Source: Gammaproteobacteria bacterium (GTDB taxonomy: Bacteria > Pseudomonadota > Gammaproteobacteria > JABHGC01). From it: DNA of 64,000 nt. The position numbers and the translations under genes are program-made. The DNA lies in contig JALWTS010000041.1 of assembly GCA_027077805.1 (NCBI GenBank), positions 73,234-137,233 of the forward strand. Reading direction: 5' to 3'. Shown here one piece after another: positions 40,065 to 50,212 of this stretch. Position 1 is the first letter of the stretch. Each line of letters starts with the position of its first letter. A model generated the notes under the pieces. That model was not told the origin of the DNA. It saw only the letters and a program-made list of their open reading frames with translations, and ran no database searches.

Positions 40065-40982
40065 TTAACGCCCAACTCGATAGGCTCGTTTACGCAAGCC
40101 TTGCAGTAATACTTGATGCACATTTTGCTCAGTAGAAACAGGAATAACATCCGCCCCTAAACGCTTAGCAATCATTTCCAAGCGTTGACGCTGTTGTTGC
40201 CATTGTTGTCGATATTGCGCACAACCAGCACGATTATCGGTATCTAACTCCAATTCTATGCCAGTCCCTGTCGCAAACACGACTCGTCCCATCGCAGGAA
40301 TCTCATAATCAGCCTTATCATCCACAGGAAATAATACCACCTCATGTTTTTGCTGTAATCGACCTAAGATTTGCTCAAAATTCACTAAATCTTGACTAAA
40401 ATCACTAATAATCAAAATCAATGACCCAATCGCTGTGCCATGAATTAATTTTTCCATCGCGTCTGCAAGATAGTGTGAGGAATTTTTTTGTTTAGGCGCC
40501 GCTTCCGTCATTGAACGTAACATTTGCCACAAAGAACGCCTTGAACTACTTGGAGGGAAATAGCGTAACCCATTGGGATCACCGAATAGTAAAGCTCCGA
40601 CTCTATCTTGACTTGCCGAAGCCGCCCAACCTAACAAAGCTGAAATCCTTGCCGCTTGGACTAATTTAAAGGTATTCCTAGTACCAAACTGCATATGACT
40701 ACCAATATCTACACATAATAATACACTACGTTGTCGTTCTTCTTTAAAAACTTTTAAATGTGGCACATTAGTTCTTGCGGTAACTCGCCAATCCATATTA
40801 CGAATTTCATCACCTTCTTGATACTCTCTAACCTCATCAAAGTTCATCCCTTGCCCACGAAATACTGATTGGTATAAACCACATAATAATGAATTAACAG
40901 GATGACGTGAGGCTAAACCCAAGGTATGTGCTTGATGACGTAACTCAAGTAAATCATCTAAATCAGGCAATAAAACTTTCAT
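40065..40982 (-). CDS. DUF58 domain protein (MoxR-associated, VWA-like)
   Basis: 305 aa (…YQEGDEIRNMDWRVTART…) immediately downstream of the MoxR ATPase. Confidence 0.7.
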   Translation of the reverse strand: MKVLLPDLDDLLELRHQAHTLGLASRHPVNSLLCGLYQSVFRGQGMNFDEVREYQEGDEIRNMDWRVTARTNVPHLKVFKEERQRSVLLCVDIGSHMQFGTRNTFKLVQAARISALLGWAASASQDRVGALLFGDPNGLRYFPPSSSRRSLWQMLRSMTEAAPKQKNSSHYLADAMEKLIHGTAIGSLILIISDFSQDLVNFEQILGRLQQKHEVVLFPVDDKADYEIPAMGRVVFATGTGIELELDTDNRAGCAQYRQQWQQQRQRLEMIAKRLGADVIPVSTEQNVHQVLLQGLRKRAYRVGR

Positions 40983-41008
40983 AAAACGATCAAATAGGAC
41001 TGAAATAA

Positions 41009-41965
41009 CTAAGGGACGGCAACCACTTCTAGTAAGCGTTTAATAAAATCATCTGGGGTAACACCATCTGCTTCTGCCTCAAAGGTTAACAATACCCGAT
41101 GGCGTAAAATATCCAAAGCCACACTTTGAATATGCCCGGGCGTAACATAAGTATCACCACTTAACCATGCTTTGGCTTTAGCACAACGGGCTAACGCAAT
41201 ACTCGCCCGAGGGGAAGCACCAAATCGACACCAACGTTTTAAATCAGTATCATAATTCCCAGGTTGTCTTGACCCCATAATCAATGACACAATATATTGA
41301 TTTAATTTTGGATCAATATAAATTTTAGCTACCGCCTCTCTGACTAAAAATAAATCTTCTTGGCTAAGGACTTTTTTGGTCTTTTTAACTTTATGTTGTT
41401 GGACAGAACTATCCAATGCCATAATGGCTAATTCTTCCTCGGCATTAGGATAATCTACCCAAACATGCATTAAAAATCTATCCAACTGGGCTTCAGGTAA
41501 TTGATAAGTCCCTTCTTGTTCAATCGGATTTTGCGTGGCTAATACCATAAATAATGGTGGCAAGGCATAAGTTTTTTGCCCTACCGTTACTTGATGTTCT
41601 GCCATAGCTTCTAGCAAAGCAGACTGTACTTTTGCAGGCGCACGATTAACCTCATCCGCCAATAAAATATTATGGAAAATCGGCCCTGCTCGAAATTCAA
41701 ATTCACCTTGTGCTTGACGATACACATCCGTACCGATTAAATCTGAAGGTAATAAATCAGGGGTAAATTGAATACGATGAAAATCACCTTCAACTGCTTC
41801 TGATAAAGCTTTAACTGCGGTAGTTTTTGCTAACCCAGGCATCCCTTCAATTAATAAATGACCATCACACAATAAGGCAATTAACATATTTTCCACTAAA
41901 TTAGTTTGCCCAATTACTCGTGAGGCAATATGTTCTCGCACGACATTTAATTGGTTTAAATCCAT
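41009..41965 (-). CDS. MoxR-family AAA+ ATPase
   Basis: Walker A is GMPGLAKTTAV and Walker B is LLADEVNRAPAKVQSALLEAMAE. 318 aa. Confidence 0.85.
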   Translation of the reverse strand: MDLNQLNVVREHIASRVIGQTNLVENMLIALLCDGHLLIEGMPGLAKTTAVKALSEAVEGDFHRIQFTPDLLPSDLIGTDVYRQAQGEFEFRAGPIFHNILLADEVNRAPAKVQSALLEAMAEHQVTVGQKTYALPPLFMVLATQNPIEQEGTYQLPEAQLDRFLMHVWVDYPNAEEELAIMALDSSVQQHKVKKTKKVLSQEDLFLVREAVAKIYIDPKLNQYIVSLIMGSRQPGNYDTDLKRWCRFGASPRASIALARCAKAKAWLSGDTYVTPGHIQSVALDILRHRVLLTFEAEADGVTPDDFIKRLLEVVAVP

Positions 41966-42052
41966 AACCCCATCACTCTCTGAAAACTATCATCCATGAA
42001 AATATAGTCAATAATCAAATAAATACCAACTTTATTTTATAATTCACTTGAT

Positions 42053-42346
42053 TTAAGCAGGTGACAATACAAATAATACCATTAAAATGACACTGGCTAA
42101 AATAATAGTAGCAATAATCAAGGCAATTAAAATATGACGTTCAAATGGGATCATAAATATTATCAACATAAGCAGTGGATATAACTTATTTTCTTTGGAG
42201 ACTATCGGGCTAGTTAAATTTTCTGCTCGTCTCTCTTTAGCACAGTCAACTATTTTGTGAACGGATTGAAATGCGATATTTCTCACCAATGCTTTTTGAT
42301 GTTGCTTATTTTTATTTAATTTTTTTGTACCTAAATGAAACTTCAA
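42053..42346 (-). CDS. Hypothetical small protein with a C-terminal TM segment
   Basis: ORF only. AT-rich, with a weak coding signal. Confidence 0.2.
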   Translation of the reverse strand: MKFHLGTKKLNKNKQHQKALVRNIAFQSVHKIVDCAKERRAENLTSPIVSKENKLYPLLMLIIFMIPFERHILIALIIATIILASVILMVLFVLSPA

Positions 42347-42373
42347 AATATTGATTGCTTTATCGTTATAGTT

Positions 42374-42793
42374 TTAAATATCCCAAGGATTCAATATCTT
42401 GACACCAGTTGCTTCAAAGTCTGCTACATTTCGAGTGACAACTGTCATTTTATGTACTAATGCAGTAGCCGCAATAAGTGCGTCTCGGTCTGAACATGGA
42501 TCAGGTACATGAAGTTTGGCACAATATTGAGCAACGGCTGTATCAATAACTAAAATACGATTGGAAAAGGTCGGCAATACATGGGCATTAAACCAAGTTC
42601 GTAGTATATTTCCTTGAATTGAATCTCGCCTTTCTATTGAAAATATACCCATCTCAAGTTCCAATACGGTTATTACGGATAAAAATAGCGTTGTTGTTGG
42701 AATACTATTAGCCCATGTAATAACATTTTTATTAGCTTTACTTGATTTTGCTTTTCTCAATTCAGAAATGACATTAGTATCGAGTAAGTACAT
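42374..42793 (-). CDS. vapC: PIN-domain toxin (VapC family)
   Basis: MYLLDTNVISELRK… PIN N-terminus. 139 aa. A start/stop-coupled upstream antitoxin gene is present. Confidence 0.75.
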   Translation of the reverse strand: MYLLDTNVISELRKAKSSKANKNVITWANSIPTTTLFLSVITVLELEMGIFSIERRDSIQGNILRTWFNAHVLPTFSNRILVIDTAVAQYCAKLHVPDPCSDRDALIAATALVHKMTVVTRNVADFEATGVKILNPWDI

Positions 42794-43047
42794 TATGAAA
42801 AATCCACAGGTTTAAAGAGTTCTGTATTTAGGTGATGTGGATTAAAATCAATGTTATCTTCTGGCATGGCAAGTAAATCAACAATACTTTCTTCTCTATG
42901 TGTAATTTCTTGGTATTCTTTAATGGTTAACAGAACATGGGCAGGCTGTCCTCTATCTGTAATGAAAACAGGCCCATTGAATGCGGCTCGTTTTGCTTTA
43001 CCGACATCTTGGTTAAATTCTCTACTTGAAATGATGGTAATACTCAT
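42793..43047 (-). CDS. Phd/YefM-type antitoxin (VapB partner)
   Basis: 84 aa, MSITIISSREFNQDVGKAKRAAFNGPVFITDRGQPAHVLLTIKEYQEI. Confidence 0.65.
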   Translation of the reverse strand: MSITIISSREFNQDVGKAKRAAFNGPVFITDRGQPAHVLLTIKEYQEITHREESIVDLLAMPEDNIDFNPHHLNTELFKPVDFS

Positions 43048-43095
43048 AAATAAATCTCACTTGATGATTATAAATGTAGATATGTTACTACATAA

Positions 43096-43302
43096 TTAAA
43101 CTCATATCAAATCTCCACAATTGGCGTTTCTGCCCCAAATAGCACTATTGAAAAATTATCGAATGCCATTGAAAATGGTGAAATTTTAATGTTAGTCGAT
43201 GTACCTAAAACAAACGTTGAAAGTTTGGAAACAGCCATATTAAAACATCACCCAGAAGCAGAACTGGAAAGCAGTGAATTAACTATCGCACCGCTAATTT
43301 AA
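43096..43302 (+). other. Open frame without a start codon: possible 3' remnant of a gene (…GEILMLVDVPKTNVESLETAILKHHPEAELESSELTIAPLI*)
   Basis: 68 sense codons after a TAA. The only in-frame ATG gives 37 aa. It sits between the TA module and moaE. Confidence 0.2.
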
Positions 43303-43380
43303 GACCACAAAATCAAAACTAAAAATAGAGGTGTTATTAAAATGTTTGCAATACCTCTATTTTTTGCCCACTAAAAAATC

Positions 43381-43818
43381 CTACGCTTTAGTATTTTCCT
43401 TCACCCACCGCTTACTACCATCGGCTAAATATTCCTTTTTCCAAAACGGCACAGTTGATTTTAAAGCCTCAATCAAAAACCGACAGCTTTCAAAACTAGC
43501 CCTACGATGAGCTGACCAAGTGGCAATTAACACAATATGTTCGCCGATTTCAATCTTACCCACTCGATGTAAAATTAATATATCTAATAATGGCCACTGC
43601 CCTACTGCTTGAGTTACTAATTGTTGTAGGGTTTTTTCAGTCATGGCAGGATAATAGTCTAATTGCATGGCAATGACTTGATCACCTTGGTGATGATTAC
43701 GCATACTGCCAACAAATACCGCATTAGCACCAAATTTGCCCATTTGGGTTTGTTGTTGTTGGTATTGTGCTAATTCTTGCCAAGCAGAAAAGGGTTGTTG
43801 ACGTAGTTCAGTTAACAT
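43381..43818 (-). CDS. moaE: Molybdopterin synthase catalytic subunit
   Basis: 145 aa with the MoaE fold. It is adjacent to moaD. Confidence 0.8.
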   Translation of the reverse strand: MLTELRQQPFSAWQELAQYQQQQTQMGKFGANAVFVGSMRNHHQGDQVIAMQLDYYPAMTEKTLQQLVTQAVGQWPLLDILILHRVGKIEIGEHIVLIATWSAHRRASFESCRFLIEALKSTVPFWKKEYLADGSKRWVKENTKA

Positions 43819-43820
43819 AA

Positions 43821-44045
43821 TCAGCCTCCTGTAACGGGCGGAAAGAACGCAACTTCATCATTAGGATAAACCGTACTATCCCAATCAGCTTGTTCTAAAT
43901 TAATTGCCACTAAAATATTATCATTAGGTAAACTATGCAATTGTTGCCATAATTCTAATACCGTGATATGTTGGCTAAGATTGATTTGTTGCTGTTGTTG
44001 ACCTAAAGTTTCACTTAAACTTGCAAAATATTTCACTGTTACCAT
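43821..44045 (-). CDS. moaD: Molybdopterin synthase sulfur carrier subunit
   Basis: 74 aa ending in …FFPPVTGG (C-terminal Gly-Gly). Confidence 0.75.
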   Translation of the reverse strand: MVTVKYFASLSETLGQQQQQINLSQHITVLELWQQLHSLPNDNILVAINLEQADWDSTVYPNDEVAFFPPVTGG

Positions 44046-44089
44046 AACTTTAACCTATATTTACTTTTTGATTAAATTAAGGATGGATT

Positions 44090-44575
44090 ATGTCTAAATT
44101 GACACATTTTGATAGCAATGGTCAAGCACATATGGTGGATATTAGCGAAAAACCCATTACCCGGCGAATTGCCATTGCCGAAGGTAAAATTATCATGCAA
44201 GCCATAACGCTTGATTTAATTCGATCAGGAGGACATAAAAAAGGCGATGTTTTAGGTATTGCCAGAATTGCAGGGATTATGGCAAGCAAAAAAACGGCTG
44301 ACTTAATTCCGCTATGTCATCCCTTAGCGATTACCAAGGTAAAACTTGAGTTTAAACTACAAAATCAACCACCTAGTGTTTATTGTCAAGCTACTGTAGC
44401 AACATCGGGACAAACTGGCGTAGAAATGGAAGCCTTAACTGCGGTGCAAATTGCCCTACTGACTATCTATGATATGTGTAAATCCGTCGATAAAGGTATG
44501 ACGATGCAAAATATTGGCTTAGTTGAAAAACAAGGGGGGAAATCGGGGCATTGGCAAAAATCAGTCGCAAATTAA
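44090..44575 (+). CDS. moaC: Cyclic pyranopterin monophosphate synthase
   Basis: [18 protein letters not shown]…[17 protein letters not shown]. Confidence 0.9.
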   Translation: MSKLTHFDSNGQAHMVDISEKPITRRIAIAEGKIIMQAITLDLIRSGGHKKGDVLGIARIAGIMASKKTADLIPLCHPLAITKVKLEFKLQNQPPSVYCQATVATSGQTGVEMEALTAVQIALLTIYDMCKSVDKGMTMQNIGLVEKQGGKSGHWQKSVAN

Positions 44576-44633
44576 TTGAATTTTACGGTAAACTTAAAAT
44601 GACAACTAAAAATTTCATTCTTGAGGATAGATC

Positions 44634-45353
44634 ATGCATAGATTGAGCGGTCGCAGTGCAGACCAACTTCGTGCCATTCATTTTACCCGTCACTATACTT
44701 GCCATGCCGAAGGTTCTGTATTAGCCGAATTTGGCAATACCAAAGTCATTTGCAATGCCACAGTAGAAGAGCGGGTGCCTAGATTTTTACGAGATAGCCA
44801 TTCTGGTTGGATTACGGCAGAATATGGCATGTTACCTCGTTCTACTCGACAACGTATGCAACGTGAGGCCCATGCAGGCAAAGCGGGTGGCAGAACAATG
44901 GAAATTCAACGCTTAATTGGACGTTCCTTGCGAGCAGTCGTTGATTTAGAAGCATTAGGTGAACACACAATCACGATTGACTGTGATGTCATTCAAGCTG
45001 ATGGCGGTACTCGTACTGCTGCAATTACGGGTGGTTATATTGCTTTAGTTGATGCTGTTCGTCATATGCAAAAACGTCAACTGCTAAAAAAATATCCCCT
45101 TCATGGTTATCTGGCGGCAATATCAGTGGGAATTTACCAAGGGATGCCTGTGTTGGATTTAGACTATGAAGAAGATTCTAATGCTGAAACGGATATGAAT
45201 GTTGTCATGAATGAAGCAGGGGCATTTATTGAAATTCAAGGGACAGCCGAAGGTCATGCCTTTCGTCCGCAAGAACTGCAAGCCATGTTAAACCTAGCAC
45301 AACAAGGCATTGAAACCCTGATTGAACAACAACGTAAGGTCTTGGAAAATTGA
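44634..45353 (+). CDS. rph: Ribonuclease PH
   Basis: Near-colinear with E. coli RNase PH (…[21 protein letters not shown]…[18 protein letters not shown]…). Confidence 0.9.
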   Translation: MHRLSGRSADQLRAIHFTRHYTCHAEGSVLAEFGNTKVICNATVEERVPRFLRDSHSGWITAEYGMLPRSTRQRMQREAHAGKAGGRTMEIQRLIGRSLRAVVDLEALGEHTITIDCDVIQADGGTRTAAITGGYIALVDAVRHMQKRQLLKKYPLHGYLAAISVGIYQGMPVLDLDYEEDSNAETDMNVVMNEAGAFIEIQGTAEGHAFRPQELQAMLNLAQQGIETLIEQQRKVLEN

Positions 45354-45964
45354 TGAACACCATCAACACCATTGTGTTAGCTAGTAATAATCAAGGGAAA
45401 GTAAGGGAAATTAATCAATTAATCGCTGATTCTGGCATTGAAATCATTCCCCAATCGGAATTTTCAGTGCCAGAAGTAGCAGAAACGGGCTTAAGTTTTG
45501 TTGAAAACGCGATTATTAAAGCCCGTCATGCCTGTCAATATTGTGATTTACCCGTGATTGCCGATGATTCAGGTTTGGAAGTAGATGCCCTGAAAAAGCA
45601 ACCGGGGATTTACTCCGCTCGTTATGCAGGTGCAGATTCATCAGATCAAGCCAATTTAGAAAAATTATTACAACAATTGCAAGGTACTCCAAAAAATCAG
45701 CGTAGTGCCAGATTTCAATGTGTCATGGTATTAATGCAAACGGCGAATGATCCCACCCCTATTATTTGTCAAGCCCGTTGGGAAGGTTATATTACCGAAC
45801 AAGCAATAGGTGATAATGGTTTTGGCTATGATCCTGTCTTTTTTATACCCGAAAAAAATTGTACGTCTGCCCAGCTAAGTGCCAGCGAAAAAAATCGGCT
45901 TAGTCATAGAGGGCAAGCACTCGTTCAATTAAAACAACAATTACAAAAAATTTATCGAAACTAG
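45350..45964 (+). CDS. rdgB: dITP/XTP pyrophosphatase (Ham1/RdgB family)
   Basis: [14 protein letters not shown]…FGYDPVFF… motifs. It overlaps the rph stop. Confidence 0.85.
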   Translation: MMNTINTIVLASNNQGKVREINQLIADSGIEIIPQSEFSVPEVAETGLSFVENAIIKARHACQYCDLPVIADDSGLEVDALKKQPGIYSARYAGADSSDQANLEKLLQQLQGTPKNQRSARFQCVMVLMQTANDPTPIICQARWEGYITEQAIGDNGFGYDPVFFIPEKNCTSAQLSASEKNRLSHRGQALVQLKQQLQKIYRN

Positions 45965-46002
45965 CATATGCTAAGTTATTATCAAACGTTAATGATAAAC
46001 TA

Positions 46003-48285
46003 TTGCAAACTATGAAAAGATCAAAACTTGGTGCGATTATTGGTGGATTGCTAGGAATTTCTCTTTTAGGCATATTGGCACTTGCCATGTATTTACCAAT
46101 ATTTAAAATGGGTTCAATTATGGATGGTGATGCAAGTTCGGAACAAATCATTACTACCTTCAATAGGGTATCAGATGATGATAATAGCAATACGCAACCC
46201 AATGCTAGAATTAAACCATTACCTGAAATCCAATCCCATCCTCACTATGAATACCAAAATAATGATAAACGTAGTCCTTTTGATATTGATGGGGTTGAAG
46301 CAGATGTTGCTGATGAAATTAGTGACGTTGATAGCTTTGAAATAGAAAAAGAAGAAGAAGAGCCACTGGCTTCTAGTATCATCACTCAACAAGATGCCCC
46401 CCTTATGACTGAAGGCCGTTTTGACGATGATCTTGCTATGGATAAAGATTATGAAGACAAAGGTTCTTATGATAATTTTGCAGGTTTTAGCAGTGAATCA
46501 CGCTTAGCTTATGAGCAAGACAAGCCACAAGCGAAACCTAACAATATACTTAGCAATATCAGTAAAAAAGCTGTTTCAACACCAGAACCAGCACTTAAGG
46601 AAAATATTGCGAGTCCACAAGAATACCCCCCCAGAGATCAATACCTAGCAAAAAACAAAATCGCAACATTACAACAAGCCCGCCAATACCAATTCCCAAG
46701 TAGAAATCCAGCCATGCCAAAAATTGGCAAAAAAACCAATGCGAACATCCAAGCATCAACGCAACTTAGCATTCAACAATTACTAGCCAAAAACCAAAAT
46801 TTGAATATCAAAACCCAAACTGCCACAGGCTATTGGGCCAATACCTATATTCCAGGTGATCCCACGATTCGCTTATTACAAAGCCAATTAGACCAACAAG
46901 CAACCGACCTCAAATCCACCTCACAATATTGGCAACCCTTTGATCCGCCAAAAAACTCAGCACTTACGGTTTATTTACATAGCAATCAAATGCACATACA
47001 ACAACCCACTCGCCAACTGATCCAAGTCGGCATTGCAGGCAGTGAAAGGCAAAGTGGCAGACGACCCGCAATGAATATTGCTGTCGTGTTAGATTTAAGC
47101 AATCCTGTCACACCACCACAACAACCATTAATCACAAACTTATTAACCGATCTTAATCAAGCCAAACAAAATAATGACCGTTTTTCCTTAACCTTAGCAG
47201 GTCAAACGGGAGCAACCATTATTCCTGCGGAACAATTTCGCTATGGTTCCTTAAGTTTGGCGTTTAAACATATTTTCAAACCTAATAAAAGCAAGCATTT
47301 CACTCGCTCCCAAGCAATTCAACAAGCAGTATCGCAATTAATGCAATATAACACCGATACCTCGCCATTAGGTTCAAGTTTAATTTTATTTATTACCCCA
47401 AATAGCTTGGATGCTGAATTAAAACCATTAGAATCCATTGCCCATCAAAACGCCGTATTAGGCATTCCCTTAAGTGTTATTGGCATTGGTCATAATATTA
47501 AATTAAAAGAGCTTGACAAATTAGCCTTAGCAGGTCAAGGGCAACGCCGAATTGTTACGGAACTCAAGCAAACTAAAACAGTTGTTGAACAAGAATTGCA
47601 CGCCGTAAGTCGAGTCGTTGCCAGAGCCTTACGTTTACGCATTCGATTAATGCCAGGCGTGAAATTAGTTAACATATTAGGCTCTCATCCTTTGGATAAA
47701 CAAGCCTCGAATCGAGTCCGCCAAGCGGAACAAAGCATTGATCAGCGTTTAGCCCGTAACATGGGAATACAGGCAGACCGAGGCAAAGACGAACAAGGAA
47801 TTCAAATGGTGATTCCCGTTTATTATGCCAATGATCAACATGTAATACTACTGGATGTGATTACTGAAAAAGCAGGCTTAGTTGCCGATGTTAGCCTACG
47901 CTATAAAGACTTACTATATGCTAGAAATGGGATTAACCGTGCCAGTTTAAGTTTAGATTCAACCATGACCGATAATTTAACACCATTAGAATTGAATGTA
48001 CTTAAAAATTTACTTGCGTTTCAATTTTCGCAAGCGATTTATCACAGCAGTCAACAACTGCAACAAAATCAAACCCAATATGCCAAAGAAACTTTACAAC
48101 AATTTTTAACCCAAATCCAAAGTTTACAACAGAAATTACCTGATTGGCACAATGATAATGAAATTAAGCAAGATATTGCGTTATTACAACAATACATCCA
48201 ATATATTGATCATGGGAATCGTTATCCTTATTTCACTCAATTACTGCATTATCAATCTTTTCGTAAAGTTTTAACCCATCCTTAA
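46003..48285 (+). CDS. Large (760 aa) membrane-anchored protein with an acidic low-complexity N-region and a VWA-like central domain
   Basis: N-terminal TM, D/E-rich segment, then …MNIAVVLDLSNPV…ILFITPNSLD… (MIDAS-like). Confidence 0.35.
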   Translation: MQTMKRSKLGAIIGGLLGISLLGILALAMYLPIFKMGSIMDGDASSEQIITTFNRVSDDDNSNTQPNARIKPLPEIQSHPHYEYQNNDKRSPFDIDGVEADVADEISDVDSFEIEKEEEEPLASSIITQQDAPLMTEGRFDDDLAMDKDYEDKGSYDNFAGFSSESRLAYEQDKPQAKPNNILSNISKKAVSTPEPALKENIASPQEYPPRDQYLAKNKIATLQQARQYQFPSRNPAMPKIGKKTNANIQASTQLSIQQLLAKNQNLNIKTQTATGYWANTYIPGDPTIRLLQSQLDQQATDLKSTSQYWQPFDPPKNSALTVYLHSNQMHIQQPTRQLIQVGIAGSERQSGRRPAMNIAVVLDLSNPVTPPQQPLITNLLTDLNQAKQNNDRFSLTLAGQTGATIIPAEQFRYGSLSLAFKHIFKPNKSKHFTRSQAIQQAVSQLMQYNTDTSPLGSSLILFITPNSLDAELKPLESIAHQNAVLGIPLSVIGIGHNIKLKELDKLALAGQGQRRIVTELKQTKTVVEQELHAVSRVVARALRLRIRLMPGVKLVNILGSHPLDKQASNRVRQAEQSIDQRLARNMGIQADRGKDEQGIQMVIPVYYANDQHVILLDVITEKAGLVADVSLRYKDLLYARNGINRASLSLDSTMTDNLTPLELNVLKNLLAFQFSQAIYHSSQQLQQNQTQYAKETLQQFLTQIQSLQQKLPDWHNDNEIKQDIALLQQYIQYIDHGNRYPYFTQLLHYQSFRKVLTHP

Positions 48286-48312
48286 TTTTTGAAATTTTTT
48301 TCTATTATCTTA

Positions 48313-48341
48313 CTTGAAAATAAAACACTTTACCCCCATCT
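48313..48341 (+). promoter_or_regulatory. Sigma-32 (RpoH) heat-shock promoter upstream of the Hsp20 gene
   Basis: CTTGAAA-(14 nt)-CCCCATCT matches the consensus CTTGAAA-N13-15-CCCCATnT. It lies about 140 nt upstream of the ATG at 48483. Confidence 0.55.
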
Positions 48342-48482
48342 ATAAGGACAGGAAAATAATTGATCTGGATCATTTAAATACGTTAATGTTGCAACATTTT
48401 TTGGAAAAGTTTTTCTAATGAATTAGAAAACCAAAATTATTAACCGTAAATTAACAGATAAACAATGTGAAGGAGAACTACA

Positions 48483-48920
48483 ATGACCTTAGTAAGATGG
48501 AATCCATTCCGTGAAATGGAAAATGTAATTGATCGTTACAATCGCATTTACCATCCTCAATACGGTAAAGACGAGGGTTTTACGGTAGCAGATTGGGCAC
48601 CAGTTGTCGATATTACTGAAACAGAACAAGAATATCAAATTAAAGCCGAACTTCCCGAAGTCAAAAAAGACGATGTAAAAATTGAGGTTGATAAAGGTGT
48701 GTTAACGCTAAAAGGGGAACGTAAAACTGAAACGGAAACCAAAGATAAAAAAGTTCACAAAGTTGAACGTTTTTATGGAAGTTTCGCCAGAAGTTTTACC
48801 TTACCTGAAAATACAGACCAAGACCAAATCACAGCTGAAAGTAAAGATGGTATGCTATATATTCATATTCCAAAAATAGCAGAACCCAAACCTAAAGCCA
48901 TAGAAGTCGCAATTCAATAA
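48483..48920 (+). CDS. Hsp20/alpha-crystallin family small heat shock protein
   Basis: …DWAPVVDITETEQEYQIKAELPEVKKDDVKIEVDKGVLTLKGERK…FARSFTLPE…. Confidence 0.85.
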   Translation: MTLVRWNPFREMENVIDRYNRIYHPQYGKDEGFTVADWAPVVDITETEQEYQIKAELPEVKKDDVKIEVDKGVLTLKGERKTETETKDKKVHKVERFYGSFARSFTLPENTDQDQITAESKDGMLYIHIPKIAEPKPKAIEVAIQ

Positions 48921-48922
48921 AC

Positions 48923-48955
48923 AAAATCAGGCATGAACCACATGCCTGATTTTTT
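48923..48955 (+). terminator. Intrinsic terminator of the Hsp20 gene
   Basis: AAAATCAGGCATG-aacca-CATGCCTGATTTT followed by TT. Confidence 0.65.
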
Positions 48956-49014
48956 GCTATTATCTAAACTGACACTAGGTTATAATAGGCACTCTAAAAA
49001 ATATTATTATTATA

Positions 49015-50208
49015 TTGGTAATGAGCAAAACAAACCTAGCCTTGTGTCATCCCGAACAATTACCACCAAGCTTAGATGGTAGCCGGGGGAGTTATCGCAC
49101 CTTTGATCCACAACAATTAATTCATGCCAATAATGACTTTGAAGCGGCTCAACAATGGTTAGCAGAATATGCCACCCATTATTTTTCTAAACATACCTTA
49201 CGCCAATATGAAAAAGAAATTACCCGATTTTTTTATTGGTCAGTCAATCAAGCGGGCAAAGCAGTCTCTGATTTAAGCAAACAAGATTATGTCTTGTACG
49301 AGCAATTTTTAATGAATCCACAACCGGCTGATATTTGGTGTGGTCCCCGTCGTCCCCGTCATCTGCGTAATGGTCAAATCAATCCCAAATGGCGTCCATT
49401 TGTAGGGCCTTTAAACTTAAGCTCTATTCAAACTGCCTTTGCTGCAATTCAGTCTATGTTAAATTATTGGGTACAAGCTAAATATTTAGCAGCAAATCCT
49501 TTAAGTTTAAAACGTGGGGTATTCAGCAAAAAACAACAACAAAATTATAAAATTGAACGGATTATCGAAACGGATCATTGGCAAGTGATTTGGCAAGCCA
49601 TAGAAAATATGCCCAAAGATAGTCGTAAAAACATGGCAAATTACCAAAGAGCCCGTTATTTAATCGCCTTGTTTTATCATACAGGGGCAAGAATTAGTGA
49701 ACTAGAACGTCATACGCATGGTGATATATACTGTCGTAATACTAAAACAAATCAGTGGTGGCTAAGAGTGATTGGCAAACGCTCGAAACAACGAGACATT
49801 CCTATTGATCAATCATTATTAGTCATTATTCAAAATTTTCGTCAATTTCATCAGCTCCCCCCCTATCCTACGCCTGATGATCCCACGCCATTATTACCCA
49901 AATTATATATCAATCACGACAAAGGAATTACCGCACGACGTGCCAATCAAATTTTAAAACAAATTTTAACTGAAGCAGCAACTCGATTAGCCAAACAATC
50001 CCCACATCAAGCTGAAAAATTACGCAAAGCCTCTGCACACTGGTTCCGTCATAGTTATGCCACAGACTTATTAGAAGCAGATGTTTCAATCAAGACAGTC
50101 AAAGATAATCTCGGACATCAAGATATAAAAACAACCTATTTATATGTTCATAAGGATAAAGAACAACAACATCAAGAAACTCAGGGCAAACTTAAATCAA
50201 TTTATTAA
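49015..50208 (+). CDS. Tyrosine-type site-specific recombinase / phage-type integrase
   Basis: C-terminal catalytic motifs …ARISELERHTHGD…, HWFRHSYATDLL… and …TTYLYVH (R-H-R-Y). Confidence 0.8.
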   Translation: MVMSKTNLALCHPEQLPPSLDGSRGSYRTFDPQQLIHANNDFEAAQQWLAEYATHYFSKHTLRQYEKEITRFFYWSVNQAGKAVSDLSKQDYVLYEQFLMNPQPADIWCGPRRPRHLRNGQINPKWRPFVGPLNLSSIQTAFAAIQSMLNYWVQAKYLAANPLSLKRGVFSKKQQQNYKIERIIETDHWQVIWQAIENMPKDSRKNMANYQRARYLIALFYHTGARISELERHTHGDIYCRNTKTNQWWLRVIGKRSKQRDIPIDQSLLVIIQNFRQFHQLPPYPTPDDPTPLLPKLYINHDKGITARRANQILKQILTEAATRLAKQSPHQAEKLRKASAHWFRHSYATDLLEADVSIKTVKDNLGHQDIKTTYLYVHKDKEQQHQETQGKLKSIY

Positions 50209-50212
50209 TAAT

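Noticed and set aside
48961-49014. Search for att sites (direct repeats of the tRNA-Arg 3' end) flanking the integrase region
   Set aside because: No copy of the tRNA 3' 20-mer (…TTCGACTCCTGTCGGGTGCG) was found by eye between 48.9 and 53.7 kb, so no island boundaries are claimed.
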